Source of the DNA: Octopus vulgaris
Taxonomy: Eukaryota
Assembly (NCBI GenBank): GCA_951406725.2
Contig: OX597820.1
Span: 108,128,001 to 108,192,000 of the forward strand
Direction of reading: 5' to 3'
DNA: 64,000 nucleotides
The notes under the pieces were generated by a model. The model was not told the DNA's origin and searched no databases. It was given only the letters and a program-made list of their open reading frames with translations. Both the position numbers and the translations under genes were made by a program. Positions 1 to 12,937 of this stretch are shown here, piece by piece (position 1 is the stretch's first letter; every line of letters starts with the position of its first letter).

Positions 1-727
1 AGTTTCTCCAGGTTGAGCTACTACTTCTCTGCATTTGAGAGGTCATAGCTCCGGTACTACAGGCATGATCAGAATGTTGGAGGTAAGAAGTGCCTGACAG
101 ATTCTTCAAGCTGAGCTAACCAGCAGGAAACCTAGGGATGGATCAAGAATGAGTTGCTTGGATTATCTCCATGGTCTGTGTTAGTCACACTTGGGAATCC
201 AGTTAGAAACTGCAATGCCGGTTGCTTCTGATAGGACCCTATGGATGATGTGCCTGAGGGCACAACCTTCCCAGGAACAGTAGGAGGAGAAGATGAATGG
301 ATTATGTTTTCTTTTGAGTTTTCTGTACAGGCCTTATATATGCTATATATACAAGCTATTCACAATTTACTGGATCCCCTTAAACTGACATGTGTGTATG
401 TTTGTGTGCACCATTCTCTTGACATGACTTGATGTTGTAAACGAGCATCACTATCATAAAGTGATATTGTTTCCAGTCTTGTGAAAAACATCAGGCCACG
501 GAAATATTACGTTGGTTGGAAACAGGTGAAGCTTAGTATAAGGAGGAGCACCTGGCCATGAGAAATCTACCCCGATAAATTGCGCAGTCTCATGTTAGCA
601 TGGAAAAGTGGACATTAAATAATGACAGTGATGAGGTATGATGACTAAAATACATTGTATAGGAGAACAAATAAGTAACCCTCAATCTTATGCTGTATCC
701 TTTGGATGAAAAATTACTTATTTTATA

Positions 728-2743
728 CAGAGTGCATGAGGTATTTGTGACATACCTTTTTTGGGTTATTGTTGCATTTTTTGCTAACTCTGTATAATCT
801 TTGTTTCAGAAAATAATAATGGCAGACCCTCAGCTTACTCAAAAAATGAAGAGGCATGCTGTTATTGTGGTCATAAGGGCTGAGCATAACGATTTAGAAA
901 TATCTCTATTCTGGAAAGTTGCCAAATCTTTAGTGTATAAAGTTTGTAAGGAGCTAGAGACAGAAGATGGAAACGTATTATCAGAACACCCGAGTTTATC
1001 CAGCAAGTTCAACAAACCATTGATTACATTCCCAGAAAGTCCATGAGGTCAATTGCAAAAGATCTCCATGTGTCAGAAGGAACAGTCACAAATGTTGTCT
1101 ACGAAGACATCAGATATAAGTCTCATGATGAGGAAAGGTCAATTTGTCAGAAAAAGCAAAAGAAAATCACTACGTCAGATCTAAAAGGCTCTTAAGCAAA
1201 TTGAAAAATCCAGAAGAAGATTTGATTTGATTTTTCTCAAACGGGAAAAACTTCAACCACGATGAGAAAGTTAACAAAAGAAATGACAGATGGTTATGTG
1301 CAGACCCTTCTGAAGTTCCAAGTGTTATGCATACAAAATTTCCTGCAACTGTCATAGTTTTAGGGGTTGTCAACAATGAAGGACATGTGATGCCTTTTCT
1401 TTCCACAAGGCCTTAGAGTTAACTCTGCTGCCTACATTGAGGTTCTGGAGATAATTATTAAGCCCTGAATAGACAGTGTATGTAATAGAAGGCCATATGG
1501 TCATGTGGCGAGAATGGATGAAGATAGTTGTGTGAAAAAGTGCCACACCCTAGCGGTTGAGGGAACCTGTGGAAGAGGCAGACCCAGGAAAACCTGGGAC
1601 GAGGTGGTGAAGCACGACCTTCGAACTTTAGGTCTCACTGAGGAAATGACTAGAGACCGAGACCTCTGGAAGTGTGCTGTGCCCGAGAAGACCCGGCAGG
1701 ACAAGTGAGTCCACAACCCGTGGCCTTCTACATGGGATGGAGCCAGCCTACGTATGCATACCTTCCCTTCTTGGGACACAAAACTCTACTTGTGAAGACG
1801 TGTTGAGGCAAGTGAGGATCAGAATCGAAATCGATCAATGGAAATTGCGGATGTGCTACCAGTGCCGGTGGCATGTCGAAACTCTGCTTGTGAAGACCCA
1901 TTGAGGCAAGTGAGGATCAGAATCGAAATCGATCAATGGAAATCGATCAATGGAAATTGCAGATGTGTTACCAGTGCCGGTGGCATGTAAGAGAACTTTC
2001 CGTTTCGCGACCGTTGCCAGCACCGCCCCGTTTCGTGTCCGTTGCCAGCCTCGCCTGGCCCTCGTGCCGGTGGCACATAAAAAGCACCATCCGTTCATGG
2101 CCGTTTGCCAGCTCTGTCTGGCACCAGTGCGGGTGGCACGTAAAAAGCACCCACTACACTCACGGAGTGGTTGGCGTTAGGAAGGGCATCCAGCCGTAGA
2201 AACACTGCCAGATTTGACTGGGCCTGATGAAGCCTTCTGGCTTCACAGACCCCAGTAGAACCGTCCAACCCATGCTAGCATGGAAAACGGACGCTAAATG
2301 ATGATGATGATGATGTGTTTCAGTAAGACTCTGCACTATCACACATCACTGTAGTAACACAGGAATGGAGAGCTGAAAATTTTCATAATCACATAACCCC
2401 TAACATTTGGCCTCCTAATTCCCCAGATCTCAATCCATTAGACTACTACATGTGGAGCGTTGTTCAGAGAGAGGTCACTGAACATGCCCATAACCCCAAA
2501 GATTCTTTCAAAGCTGCCATAGCCAGAGTAATGTCCAAAATGAATCAGGACCATTCGAGCATGTAGATGATTTAGATCTCATATAGAAGCAATTGTTGAA
2601 GCTGAAGGTGGCTTTATTGAAAAACATTATAGAAAAGGTTTATTTTTATCCTAATAGCATTTTTTGATAAATAAAGTTATCTTATTATATAACTGTTTTT
2701 TTTTATAAACATAAATCTGTCCTCAAATATCTTATGCACCCTG
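728..2743 (+). mobile_element. Tc1/mariner DD37D (maT-like) DNA transposon, decayed, interrupted by an RTE LINE 3' fragment
   Basis: TA-flanked imperfect TIRs (CAGAGTGCATGAGGTATTTGTGAC / GTCCTCAAATATCTTATGCACCCTG). Transposase remnants FFSNGKNF, VMHTKFPATVIVLGVV and VFQ*DSA...WPPNSPDLNPLDYY, with 37 residues between the 2nd and 3rd catalytic Asp. Stops and frameshifts present. Confidence 0.85.
1497..2315 (+). mobile_element. RTE-clade LINE, 5'-truncated (C-terminus, 3' UTR and (ATG)n tail)
   Basis: ORF 1505-1708 GHVARMDEDSCVKKC...GRGRPRKTWDEVVKHDLR matches the C-terminus of the other RTE copies here. Tail CATGCTAGCATGGAAAACGGACGCTAAATGATGATG. Confidence 0.9.
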
Positions 2744-2901
2744 TATATTTATGTACTGTAGCATCTACTTTTGAAAATACTTGTTTTGATTTACTGATAA
2801 CTGTTATTTTTCTGCGGTGAGAATTATAAGAATGGCAGTCCTTGGTAAAGGTAGAAAATAGTTTATGGATGAAATTTACATTTTCATTTTCCATTTTCAA
2901 G

Positions 2902-3009
2902 GAAGGACAAAAGCTTCGTAGTGAGACTGAGGAAACGCGTAGACGTATGACATATTCTCAAAGAGAAATAAAAAGGCTGACACAACAATCAACAGACTTG
3001 GGACAACAG
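2902..3009 (+). CDS. TPR: Nucleoprotein TPR, coding exon 1 in window
   Basis: aag|GAA...CAG|gtgag; EGQKLRSETEETRRRMTYSQREIKRLTQQSTDLGQQ; coiled coil resembling TPR ..DLSQQ. Confidence 0.85.
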
Positions 3010-4279
3010 GTGAGTTTTTCTTTCTCTTTCAGGTTTGGTCTTCAAAATAGTAAATTGAAACAGTGAATGTGAAAGATCTGTGAAGGTTACAAGATTATAT
3101 TTGCTTAGAGGAAGTGCAATGCTACAAATGCATTGAATTAGATGTTTGGTTTGAGTTTTCAGCTGATTTGTTTAGGAAAGGTAACTGTTGTAGTATGGGC
3201 ATATAATGTGGATGGATATTGAGTGTTGGGTGAGAATATTTTGTGTATTGACAATGGAAGAGAGAGAAATAAGAAGGTGAGATCTCACAAGATGAAAAGG
3301 AGTATCTATGTACCATACTGCAGGTATTACAACCAAAACAAGATGTTGGTAATACTCAGAACCAATCTCATTAGTTGAATTGTTATTTACTCTAGTTTGT
3401 TTTTTGTTCTTTGATTTAAAAAAAATTGTTTTCTTGTGAATTCTATTCTGCAGAATATAATGAATGTATAGAAAGAGAGAGAGAGATATGGACATGTCAG
3501 TGAATATATGTATGTGTGTGCCGGTTTCAGTTCAAGTGTTGGACTATTGAGCACATGAATGCATTTTGACATAATAATGAAAATTATTTGACTCCTGATT
3601 CATAAAAGTACATCTGTGAAAATAATTCATTTAAAGAATACATTATGCCCCTCTCACCCTTGACAAAAACGGATGTACATTCCATTGCACTTGTGCACAC
3701 ACACATTTATAGTCATCCAAAGATGTTTCAGGATTACACCAATTAAGATATGGTAAAAATACATAAATCAAGTATGACTCAATACTTATTTAATCTTAGA
3801 TGAGCCTTTTTAAATGTTTTATACATTAAATCTCCTTGCACTTTTGTCTATTTCAATAAGCTAAACTCGAGGCTATATTTTCACTGAGGAAACTCAGTCA
3901 CTTTAAAGCATATCTATAACTGTCTCAACTATCAACTTGAATGTTTTTAAATAATCTTAGGTGTTTAGCCAAACAATTTTTTCTCTCATCATTTTAAAGT
4001 CTAACTTTATATTGAGCAAGGGATGAAATATTCTTTCAGTTAGTCTTTTGTTAAAATATTTCCAATGAAATACAACATACCTGTAAGTCTCAAACTGAGG
4101 TTTGGAACATAACATAGAAACTGGCTCTAGTTTTGTGATAGAAACCTCTATGACATCAAAAGGGTTAGCAGGAGGTTAACCCACTCTGTTGAAACAGCTT
4201 TGCCCTTTTCTATAAGTTTGAAGAGAGAAAGGTATTTTGAATTTTTTTCTTTTTCCTTTTATCCTGTATTGTAAAATAG

Positions 4280-4404
4280 GTTCAGTTTTTGCTGCGTGAA
4301 GTTGAAGAATTACGAGGTGGACATATTGTAGCTAATGAAGAAGTTTCTTCTACTGAGGTGACAAGTTCTTCACAACTTATTTCTGAGAGATTGGTCACAT
4401 TTAA
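4280..4404 (+). CDS. TPR: Nucleoprotein TPR, exon 2 in window
   Basis: tag|GTT...AA|gtaagt; VQFLLREVEELRGGHIVANEEVSSTEVTSSSQLISERLVTFK, recognisably like vertebrate TPR [42 protein letters not shown] (recalled, not aligned). Confidence 0.93.
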
Positions 4405-5475
4405 GTAAGTAAAGAATTGCTTTCTGTCTCTCTTGTATTTTTCTTATAAAAATTATGAACATGATTAAGTAACATCACTGTTTCCAATGTTAAGGACATA
4501 GTAAATATTTGTATGTATGTGTTAGTGGCACTCACTTGCTCTCTCTTTTTCTCACACACACACATACACACACATTATCTGTCATATACATGTACATAAA
4601 CACATGCATACATCTTTTTTGTATGTATGTGTGCATGTGAGAGAGTGAGTGAGTGATTATTTTCTCATAATGTATAGAGAAATGAAATTTTTTTGGCTTT
4701 GGCTTATTTAGATACATTATTTATGTGTACATTTTCATAAATGTTTGTCAGAGTAGAATTCTATACATGTGTGAAGCATTGGACAAAAATGAAACGATAA
4801 AAGCAAATCAAAATATTGCCCATTAATGACCTCAAAATTGTGTGACTCGACCTCATTACTGAGGTTATTTTAGTAGTAAAAAAGAGTTGTGCCAAAACAT
4901 AGTTTTTTTTGGTAGATATATGATAAGCAGCTTTCTTTACTATAGAACAGATATGACTAATTCTGAGAATTATTACTTTCATTATTCACATATTGTCACT
5001 GTTATAATACAACACTTTGTAATTTTGGTTGAAATTGAAAGTGTGAAACTATTTTCACTTTCTAATGAAACAGTGTCATTCTAGAGCAGTGTATGTCAAA
5101 TAACTATAGCTGGTTGTTGCGTTATGTAGGAAATAAGTAAATGAAAATAAAGTTTATTTGGTAACCAAAAATTTTACTGAATCTTTTCACACTCTGTATG
5201 TCAAAATCAGCAACTTAGTTTCCAAATGCATAAGGAACATATGCATGCACACACACAAACTCTCTTGAATCAGTTTAAGAGAAATAGAGAACATCCAATT
5301 TTTTTATCATGCAGTCATTTAAGTTTTATTTTCACCTACATAATGTTTCCATCACTATAATCCACTCGGTTTATATATCCCCATCAGCCAAAAATTTTGG
5401 TAACTAGACTTTGTGTGTGTGTGTATACATGCACTCACACGTTCACACACATATAACATCTTCTGTTTTCCATAG

Positions 5476-5577
5476 AAGTGTCCAAGAGTTGCAAGTACAG
5501 AACCAGCGTCTTTTGGAAGTGGTTAGAAAACTTAGTGAAGACCGTGAAACAGAAGAACAGGCTGCAACGGATGCAAA
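5476..5577 (+). CDS. TPR: Nucleoprotein TPR, exon 3 in window
   Basis: tag|A...AA|gtaaag, phase 2/2; SVQELQVQNQRLLEVVRKLSEDRETEEQAATDAK (TPR ELQQQNQRLL motif). Confidence 0.93.
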
Positions 5578-7257
5578 GTAAAGATTTATTAGTATCATTT
5601 CCTCCTGCCCACAAGACCATTTTTCATCACCCTTTAACTCTACAAAAAAATGTTACTACTGGTTATTCTTTTACTGTTATTTTTTGTGCATAATCTGCAA
5701 TTTTTCTTGATTTGTTTTTTAACCTAAAAATTAAGGCAACCTAATAGACATGAGAACTAAATATTATCCCTTGTTTGCTGGCCAGCATCCCTGTAAGTAT
5801 GTTACCATTTTCAGCATAGTATGACTAGAAGTATATCTATTGTCTAAGTTAACTGATTTGTAATGAAAAGATTAAATCACTGTAAGAATGTTACACAATC
5901 TTTATGATAGTTATAATGTCTTAAATTTTAGAAGCTATATTGGATGTTGTTTCAATTGAGGCCCTCCTAAATACAGCAAATAATTACTGGTAGGAAGTAA
6001 TCAGAAAATAAAAGAGATGATAGCAATAAAAATGTGGTTTTATGTTTTATCTGGACAGAAATTTAAGCTGTAAATATATACCTTTTTGCAAACCTTGTTA
6101 TCTCTGACATCTCATCACCACCATCTTTATCTTTGTAGTTACTCCCATCCACCATTAAGTAATGTGGGTAGCCATGTATCTCTATGGCATGACATCTGTG
6201 CTTGTTGCTTTAGCATACTTTAGCCTCTCAACATCTGGCATAAAGCCACTTCCCCCTTGTCAAATACATCCCATAAATTTGGCGGTGAGAGTTTTCTTTT
6301 CAATTCCTGTCTTGCAATTTACTTGGTGACATCAGTGCTAGTGGCATGAAAAAAGCACCAAACTACATGCTGGAAGGAGCTTGTTTCTCAGACTCACACC
6401 ATCTGATGGCATCACAAGACACTACAAAGGCATGATAGCCAACAACTTTAAGGGAAGGTATACATAGTGTATGCACTCCTTCAGTTGCAGGGATTAGGAA
6501 AACTTTATCCCCCTGTCCTGCTTCATCTGGAGACTTGTGACCATTGAAATGACTTCACCAACATCAAATGTAGTATCATCGATAGGGCCTCTCCCTATTC
6601 ACTTTGAGCTTGCAACTTGCCAACTGTTTCCATGTGAGAGGCTACACATACTCCACCAACCCACAGTATCCATCAATAGAGAAACAGATTACTTTATTGT
6701 TAAGGTATGCCATGTTAATGAACTTGAACCACTGGCAGCTGACAACCCAGATATACTTTCCTAGGCCTGGCTGTCTATACACAAGGAAAGGGTATTTAAT
6801 CTTTGCTACCTATATAGTATACATCCCACTTATATTGTTGATGGAACTTCAGTTACAATTCAACACTATCAAATTTGGTTACTTCCATGTAAAGAGTATT
6901 GCCACCAATGCAGTCGTACTCCACTGATCAATGATTGAGCTATGACTTACACCAAAGTCAAACTCCACCATGTTTGATACCCAATACAAGGAATTGATGT
7001 CTCTATACACTATACTACAACTTGCTACCAAAGTGGTGTCAACGTTCTGCTTAAACATGTGGGTTTAAAAATATAAAAAGCAGTTGGTGTTGCATTGATA
7101 ACATCAGTATCATGTGACCTAAGCTGACCAACAGCAGTATAAACACCCAGAAACCTACTCTTAGCAGCTGATGAGATGGACATGTCCTATGCACTCACAA
7201 AACTTTAAGCCATGTGGTGCTGAGTCAAACTACTATTAAAAAATAAGTGTGTCTGTA

Positions 7258-7415
7258 CACACGAAGAGGTGCTGAAAAGTTCCTGGCTTTGGCTAAAAGA
7301 AATGAGGCTCAATTAATTATTCAACATATTGTAAAAGAACTTGGAAGATTGGGTCTCCAACCAGGCCTTTCACAATACCCTTAAAGCCAGGAACTTTTCA
7401 GCATCCCCTCGTGTA
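7258..7415. mobile_element. Mariner-derived MITE
   Basis: ~30-bp TIRs CACGAAGAGGTGCTGAAAAGTTCCTGGCTTT / AAAGCCAGGAACTTTTCAGCATCCCCTCGTG around a ~95-bp non-coding core. Confidence 0.75.
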
Positions 7416-7830
7416 TATTCACACGTGCTGGGTCTGCTTGACAAGTTCATAGGCTGACATAGATACTCTCAACGTGGTCTGCCTTGCAATTCACACACTT
7501 TATAATAGTTGGTTTATAAAAGTTGGTGCATATTCCAGGATAACATTGTACATAAAGAAGTATCTATTATGCACAAATACATTTAGTACTGTTCTTTATT
7601 TTATCATTATCATTTAGTTTTGGCGTGGGTTAGTGTTAAGAATTGTAGACGTGGAAGTGTTTAATACTGATCAAATTTTACATTTCTGGATCTGTAAATC
7701 GGGACTAAATTTAGTTTTGTGCCTTTCTGTAAGATTTTATTCCAAAAAGTTAGCTATTGCCACACATTGTTACGCTCCATTCCCATTTTAAAGTGTTATG
7801 TGACAAACGCTTTCTCCATAACTTTTGAAG

Positions 7831-7915
7831 GTCACAAGAGTTAAAGCAGAGTCTTGATAATGCAATGGAGGAACTGGAAGAACTTAAAACCTCCAGAACT
7901 CGTCAAGAAGAATTA
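7831..7915 (+). CDS. TPR: Nucleoprotein TPR, exon 4 in window
   Basis: aag|G...TTA|gtaag; SQELKQSLDNAMEELEELKTSRTRQEEL; phase matches both neighbours. Confidence 0.9.
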
Positions 7916-8935
7916 GTAAGTTTCATTCAAAATTCTAGTTTTCTGTCACTATTTAAAAAAAAAACAAAATTTTATTTCCATGCCAAAAGTGTACTAATAA
8001 CAACTGTAAAAAGCTTTTTTGAATGATCAAATTAAAAAATTAGTCAACTAAATATATATTCAATAAAATAATATTTGACAGACGTGGAAAATTACTGAAA
8101 GGGTCTTATTAGAGGTAAGATCTAAACACAAGGATTCTATTACAGGAAGAGTCAAATTATAAGGGTTTAATTGCAAAGATCTAATTACAATAGGCTTCTG
8201 GCATGGTATGTTCTTGCATGTGTGATCTTGTCAGGACATGATCATATTTCAGTTTTCCTACTCCATGATCGAAACTTGTGGAATGAAGTCTTTATGTTGG
8301 TTTTAGAGGCATGTATCTCTTTACTTGTACTCCTTAAGACTAAAGGAGGCTCTTTTGGTGGATCTTTTCTTTAAATTGTTGCACAGGACAAAGAGGGGAG
8401 AAACTATAAGATATGAAAAAGAGAGGAGTTACATGTAAGTTAGAATGAATTAGTCACTTCATGATTATAGGAAAGTGAAGCATCGACAATGCATTTTACA
8501 TGACAGGATCACCAGTGCTTTTTATATGGCACCATTAACTAATAGGGTCGTCAAGTACCATGCAAGAGAAAAATCCGACAACTGGGTGGGTGGGGACTAG
8601 TATTGAGGGGGTGTGACTTTGTGCCATTTGAAAGATTTAAGGTATAGAGGGGACAAATGTAGGTGTTTTGGTGTAGAGTGGATGCATGGGTTTCCTAGTT
8701 GGAAAGTAAAGAGTGAGTTGGAGAGTAAGATATAGTGAAAATGATAAAGATAATGGCAGAGATGTGTCTTGCCATGCCCTTGAGGAGTGGTGAGAGTAGT
8801 TAAGGTGATATAATGGCTCAAGCTGAGTGAGTGGGCAGGATGAAGTCACTAGCAAATGATGAGAGGCTTCGGGGCAGGGGTTGCAGTAGATATGCGAGGA
8901 CATTGAAGGGGACAGCAGGTACGGAGTTGATATAC

Positions 8936-8970
<35 letters not shown>

Positions 8971-8978
8971 CAAAGAAG

Positions 8979-9012
<34 letters not shown>

Positions 9013-9046
9013 AAGAAGTAAATATATATATATATATATATATATA

Positions 9047-9651
9047 CAAAGAAGTAAATATATGGCACAACGAAGTACCGATATTTACTGGAAATAGCGA
9101 ACGTAATAACACGACGCTAATGTATAGCTTCACCGCGTATGTACTAGCAAAAATGCGTGTGTGCAACAAACTAGAAAAATTTGTCTTACCTCCAGGGAGA
9201 ACATCTGAAAGATGAAATACCTGGAAAAGGATAATGTGGGACCTGCGCAGGTTTCAGATTTTTCAAGATATGTCTGCACCCATAAACTTGATCTATCTTC
9301 ATCAGCCAAACATATACCATGACAAAATTTCAGACGTTACCACATTAATGCAATTACACTCGACTGAAACGCCGAAACGCTAACAGCACGAGAACGGTGA
9401 AGAAGTTTCAATAAATTAGTAATGCAATACTAGAATATTGCTTTCCAGTAAAGAATAGCCCGTGAGGGAAAAATATACAAAGAAGTAAATATATGGCACA
9501 ACAAAGTACTGATATTTACTGGAAATAGCGAACGTAATAATACGACGCTAATGTATAGCTTCACCGCGTATGTACTAGCAAAAATGCGTGTGTGCAACAA
9601 ACTAGAAAAAATTGTCTTACCTCCAGGGAGAACATCTGAAAGATGAAATAC
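9047..9651 (-). mobile_element. Penelope-like/retrozyme-like partial tandem repeat (period 431 bp) abutting (TA)n
   Basis: 9047-9220 is repeated nearly exactly at 9478-9651. The unit is non-coding and contains a hammerhead motif. Short CAAAGAAGTAAATATA echoes at 8971 and 9011 sit within the TA tract. Confidence 0.65.
9229..9318 (-). ncRNA. Type I hammerhead ribozyme motif
   Basis: Minus strand: atgtttgg-CTGATGA-agat...atct-GAAAC-ctgcgcag-GTC^ccacat. Intact core, stem II agat/atct plus tcaag/cttga, palindromic stem III ACCTGCGCAGGT, stem I tgg/cca and atg/cat. Confidence 0.75.
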
Positions 9652-11040
9652 TAATCATGTTCCTTGAAGAAAATGACTTGCTGTCTGACACCCAGCATGG
9701 ATTTCGACCAGGTAGAGGCTGCCTAACACAGCTCCTGCAACACTGACTGGGTGTTGAAACAGCTACTAAATGGCTCAAATGTGGATGTAATATATCTCGA
9801 CTTTGCAAAAGCCTTTGATAAAGTCGACCATGGTATGATCTGTCACAAACTGCGTGGTCTCGGCATAGGCGGAAAACTTGGAGAGTGGCTGCACAACTTC
9901 CTAAAAGACAGAAAACAGGCAGTTGTGAGCAATGGAGCCACCTCCAAGGAAACGCAAATAACAAGCGGTGTCCCACAGGGCACTGTCTTGGGGCCACTGA
10001 TGTTCATAGTGGCCCTTTCAGACATGCCTTCAGTTGCTACGATGACCACCCTTGCTAGCTATGCAGATGACACAAAAGTCTCCCACGCAATACAAAACCC
10101 TGAAAATATTGCGCATCTGCAACATGAGCTGGACACAATATACAGGTGGGCTGAGGACAACAACATGCAGTTTAATGCAGGTAAGTTCCAGGCCCTGCGC
10201 TACTGGCACACAAAGGTAAATGACGTGAAGACTGGATACACTGGCCCAGGAAGAATTGCAATCCCTGAGTCAAAATCAGTGCGTGACCTGGGCATTGACA
10301 TGAGCAATGATGCATCTTTCCAAGTGCATATTGCTAATCTGGTGATAAAATGCAGACGGCTAGCTGGGTGGATTCTACGAACTTTCAGAACAAGAGAGAA
10401 GGAGACACTGATGGTCCCATGGAAAACATTCGTCCTCAGCCGCTTGGACTACTGCTCCCAACTTTGGTCACCACACAATATAAAACTAACAGCAGAACTC
10501 GAAGCAATTCAGAGAAGCTACACAAAGAAAATCGTCTCAATGCAAAATATCAGCTACTGGGAAAGACTGAAGGTATTAAACCTCTTCTCCCTAGAGCGGA
10601 GGCAGGAGAAGATATGCGGTGATATACATCTGGAAAGTCCTGGAGGGTCTTGTCCCAAACTTTGGCATTCAAAGTTACTCCAACCGTAGAACTGGGCGCC
10701 ACTGCATGGTGCCAAGGATTCCAACATCACCATCAAAATACAGGTCCAGATACTGCAACAGCTTGGGTTTCAGAGGACCACAGCTCTTTAATATCCTCCC
10801 TAAATGCCTGTGAGACTTACATGGTGTGGATGTGGGTTTCTTTAAAACTAAACTGGATCTCTTCTTGTTGGGAGTCCCAGATGAACCTACCTCATGACAG
10901 GAGACGTGGATGCGGGCAGCAGCATCGAACTCCCTTGTTGATCAAGTGCCACGTATCAGAGGTGGAATCGCAAATTAGTGTAGCTCATTCAGCGGTGGTG
11001 CCCCAGCATGGCCGCGGCCTTCGGGCTAAAACATTTTTTT
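9652..11040 (+). mobile_element. CR1/L2-group LINE, 5'-truncated RT region and 3' tail
   Basis: QHGFRPGRGCLTQLL, YLDFAKAFDKVDH, GVPQGTVLGPLMF, YADDTK, RDLG, SRLDYCSQLWSP, LFSLERR. One stop near 9744 and a frameshift near 10610. Tail GGTGCCCCAGCATGGCCGCGGCCTTCGGGCTAAAAC. Confidence 0.9.
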
Positions 11041-11059
11041 TTTAAGGATGTATGTCTAT

Positions 11060-11445
11060 TTTTTTATATATATATATATATGTGTATGTATATTTATTTA
11101 TTTATATATATATATATGTGTATGTATATTTATTTATATATATATATATGTGTATGTATATTTATTTATATATATATATATGTGTATGTATATTTATATA
11201 TGTGTGTATGTATATTTATTTATATATATATATATGTGTATGTATATTTATATATATGTGTATGTATATTTATTTATATATATATGTGTATGTATATTTA
11301 TATATATATATGTGTGTATGTATATTTATATATATATATGTGTGTGTATGTATATTTATATATATATATGTGTGTGTATGTATATTTATATATATATATG
11401 TGTGTGTATGTATATTTATTTATATATGTGTATGTATATTTATTT
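11060..11445. repeat. (TA)n/TATGTGTATGTATATT compound micro/minisatellite
   Basis: Directly visible low-complexity array; the same unit resumes at 12786-13075. Confidence 0.95.
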
Positions 11446-12784
11446 CATCATCATCATCATCGTTTAACGTCCGCTTTCCATGCTAGCATGGGTTGGACGG
11501 TTCAACTGGGGTCTGGGAAGCCCGAAGGCTGCACCAGGCCAGTCAGATGTGGCAGTGTTTCTACAGCTGGATGCCCTTCCTAACGCCAACCACTCCGAGA
11601 GTGTAGTGGGTGATTTTATGTGCCACCGACACAGGTGCCAGACGAGGCGGCAGACGGCCACGCTCGGATGGTGTTTTCTTATGTGTCACCGACACAGGTG
11701 CCAGACGAGGCTGGCGGACGGCCACGCTCGGATGGTGTTTGTTACGTGCCCTCAGCACGGAGGCCAGTCATTGCGGTACTGGCTACGGTCACGTTCGGAT
11801 GGTTTTCTTATGTGCCACCGGCACTGGTACCACAAGGATACAAATTCCATTGATGTTCATCTATTTTGATTTGGTTCGATTTGATTCGATACGATTCGAT
11901 TCTCACTTGCCTCAACAGGTCTTCACAAGTGTCACAAGAAGGAAGGTATGCACAGGTGGACTGACTACGTCCCAGGTAGGGGCCACGGATTATGGCTTCA
12001 CTAGTCTTGCCGGGTCTTCTCACGCACAGCATACTTCCATAGGTCTCGGTCTCTAGTCATTTCCATGGTGAGACCTAACGTCCGAAGGTCGTGCTTCACC
12101 ACCTCGTCCCAGGTTTTCCTGGGTCTACCTCTTCCACGGGTTCCCTCAACTGCTAGGGATTGGCACTTTCTCACACACCTATCTTCATCCATTCTCGCCA
12201 CATGACCATACCAGCGCAATCGTCTCTCTTGCACACAACAACTGATGCTTCTTAGGTACAACATTTCTCTCAAGGTACTAACGCTCTGTCGAGTAAGTAC
12301 ACTGACATTACACATCCATCGGAGCATACTGGCTTCGTTCCTCACGAGCTTACGCATGTCCTCAGCAGTCACGGCCCATGTTTCACTGCCATGTAGCATA
12401 GCTGTTCGTACACATGCATCATGCAGTCTGCCTTTTACTCTGAGCGAGAGGCCTTTAGTCACCAGCAGAGGTAAGAGCTCCCTAAACTTTGCCCAGGCTA
12501 TTCTTATTCTAGCAGTTACACTTTCAGCGCACCCACCCCCACTACTGACTTGGTCACCTAGATAGCGGAAGCTATCAACTACTTCTAGTTTTTCCCCCGG
12601 AAAGTGACAGAAGTTGTTTTCTGCAGATTTTCGGAGGTCAATACTCCAGAGCACCTGCCACATACAAAAACTATCTTCCCAGTTAGCCTACCTTTGACAT
12701 TGCTGCACCTCTTATGTGTCCATAGCTTACACTGGGTACATCTTATAGAGTTTCTACCTACACCTTTTCTACAGATCGAGCAGA
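11446..12784 (-). mobile_element. RTE-clade LINE, 5'-truncated young copy
   Basis: ORF 12001-12663 EVVDSFRYLG...RIAWAKFRELLPLL...LHGSETW...RRLRWYGHV...GRPRKTW. (CAT)n tail at 11446. Near-identical to the 15.9-16.3 kb copy over the shared part. Confidence 0.93.
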
Positions 12785-12785
12785 T

Positions 12786-12864
12786 ATATATATATGTGTA
12801 TGTATATTTATTTATATATATGTGTATGTGTATATTTATTTATATATATATATATGTGTGTGTA

Positions 12865-12895
<31 letters not shown>

Positions 12896-12898
12896 GTA

Positions 12899-12937
<39 letters not shown>

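Noticed and set aside
1-700. Possible LINE/SINE remnants at the window start
   Set aside because: An RTE-type tail is visible near 530-640, but the region is too degenerate to delimit or classify.
5478-5693. ORF-track protein MSKSCKYRTSVFWKW...
   Set aside because: Wrong reading frame over TPR exon 3.
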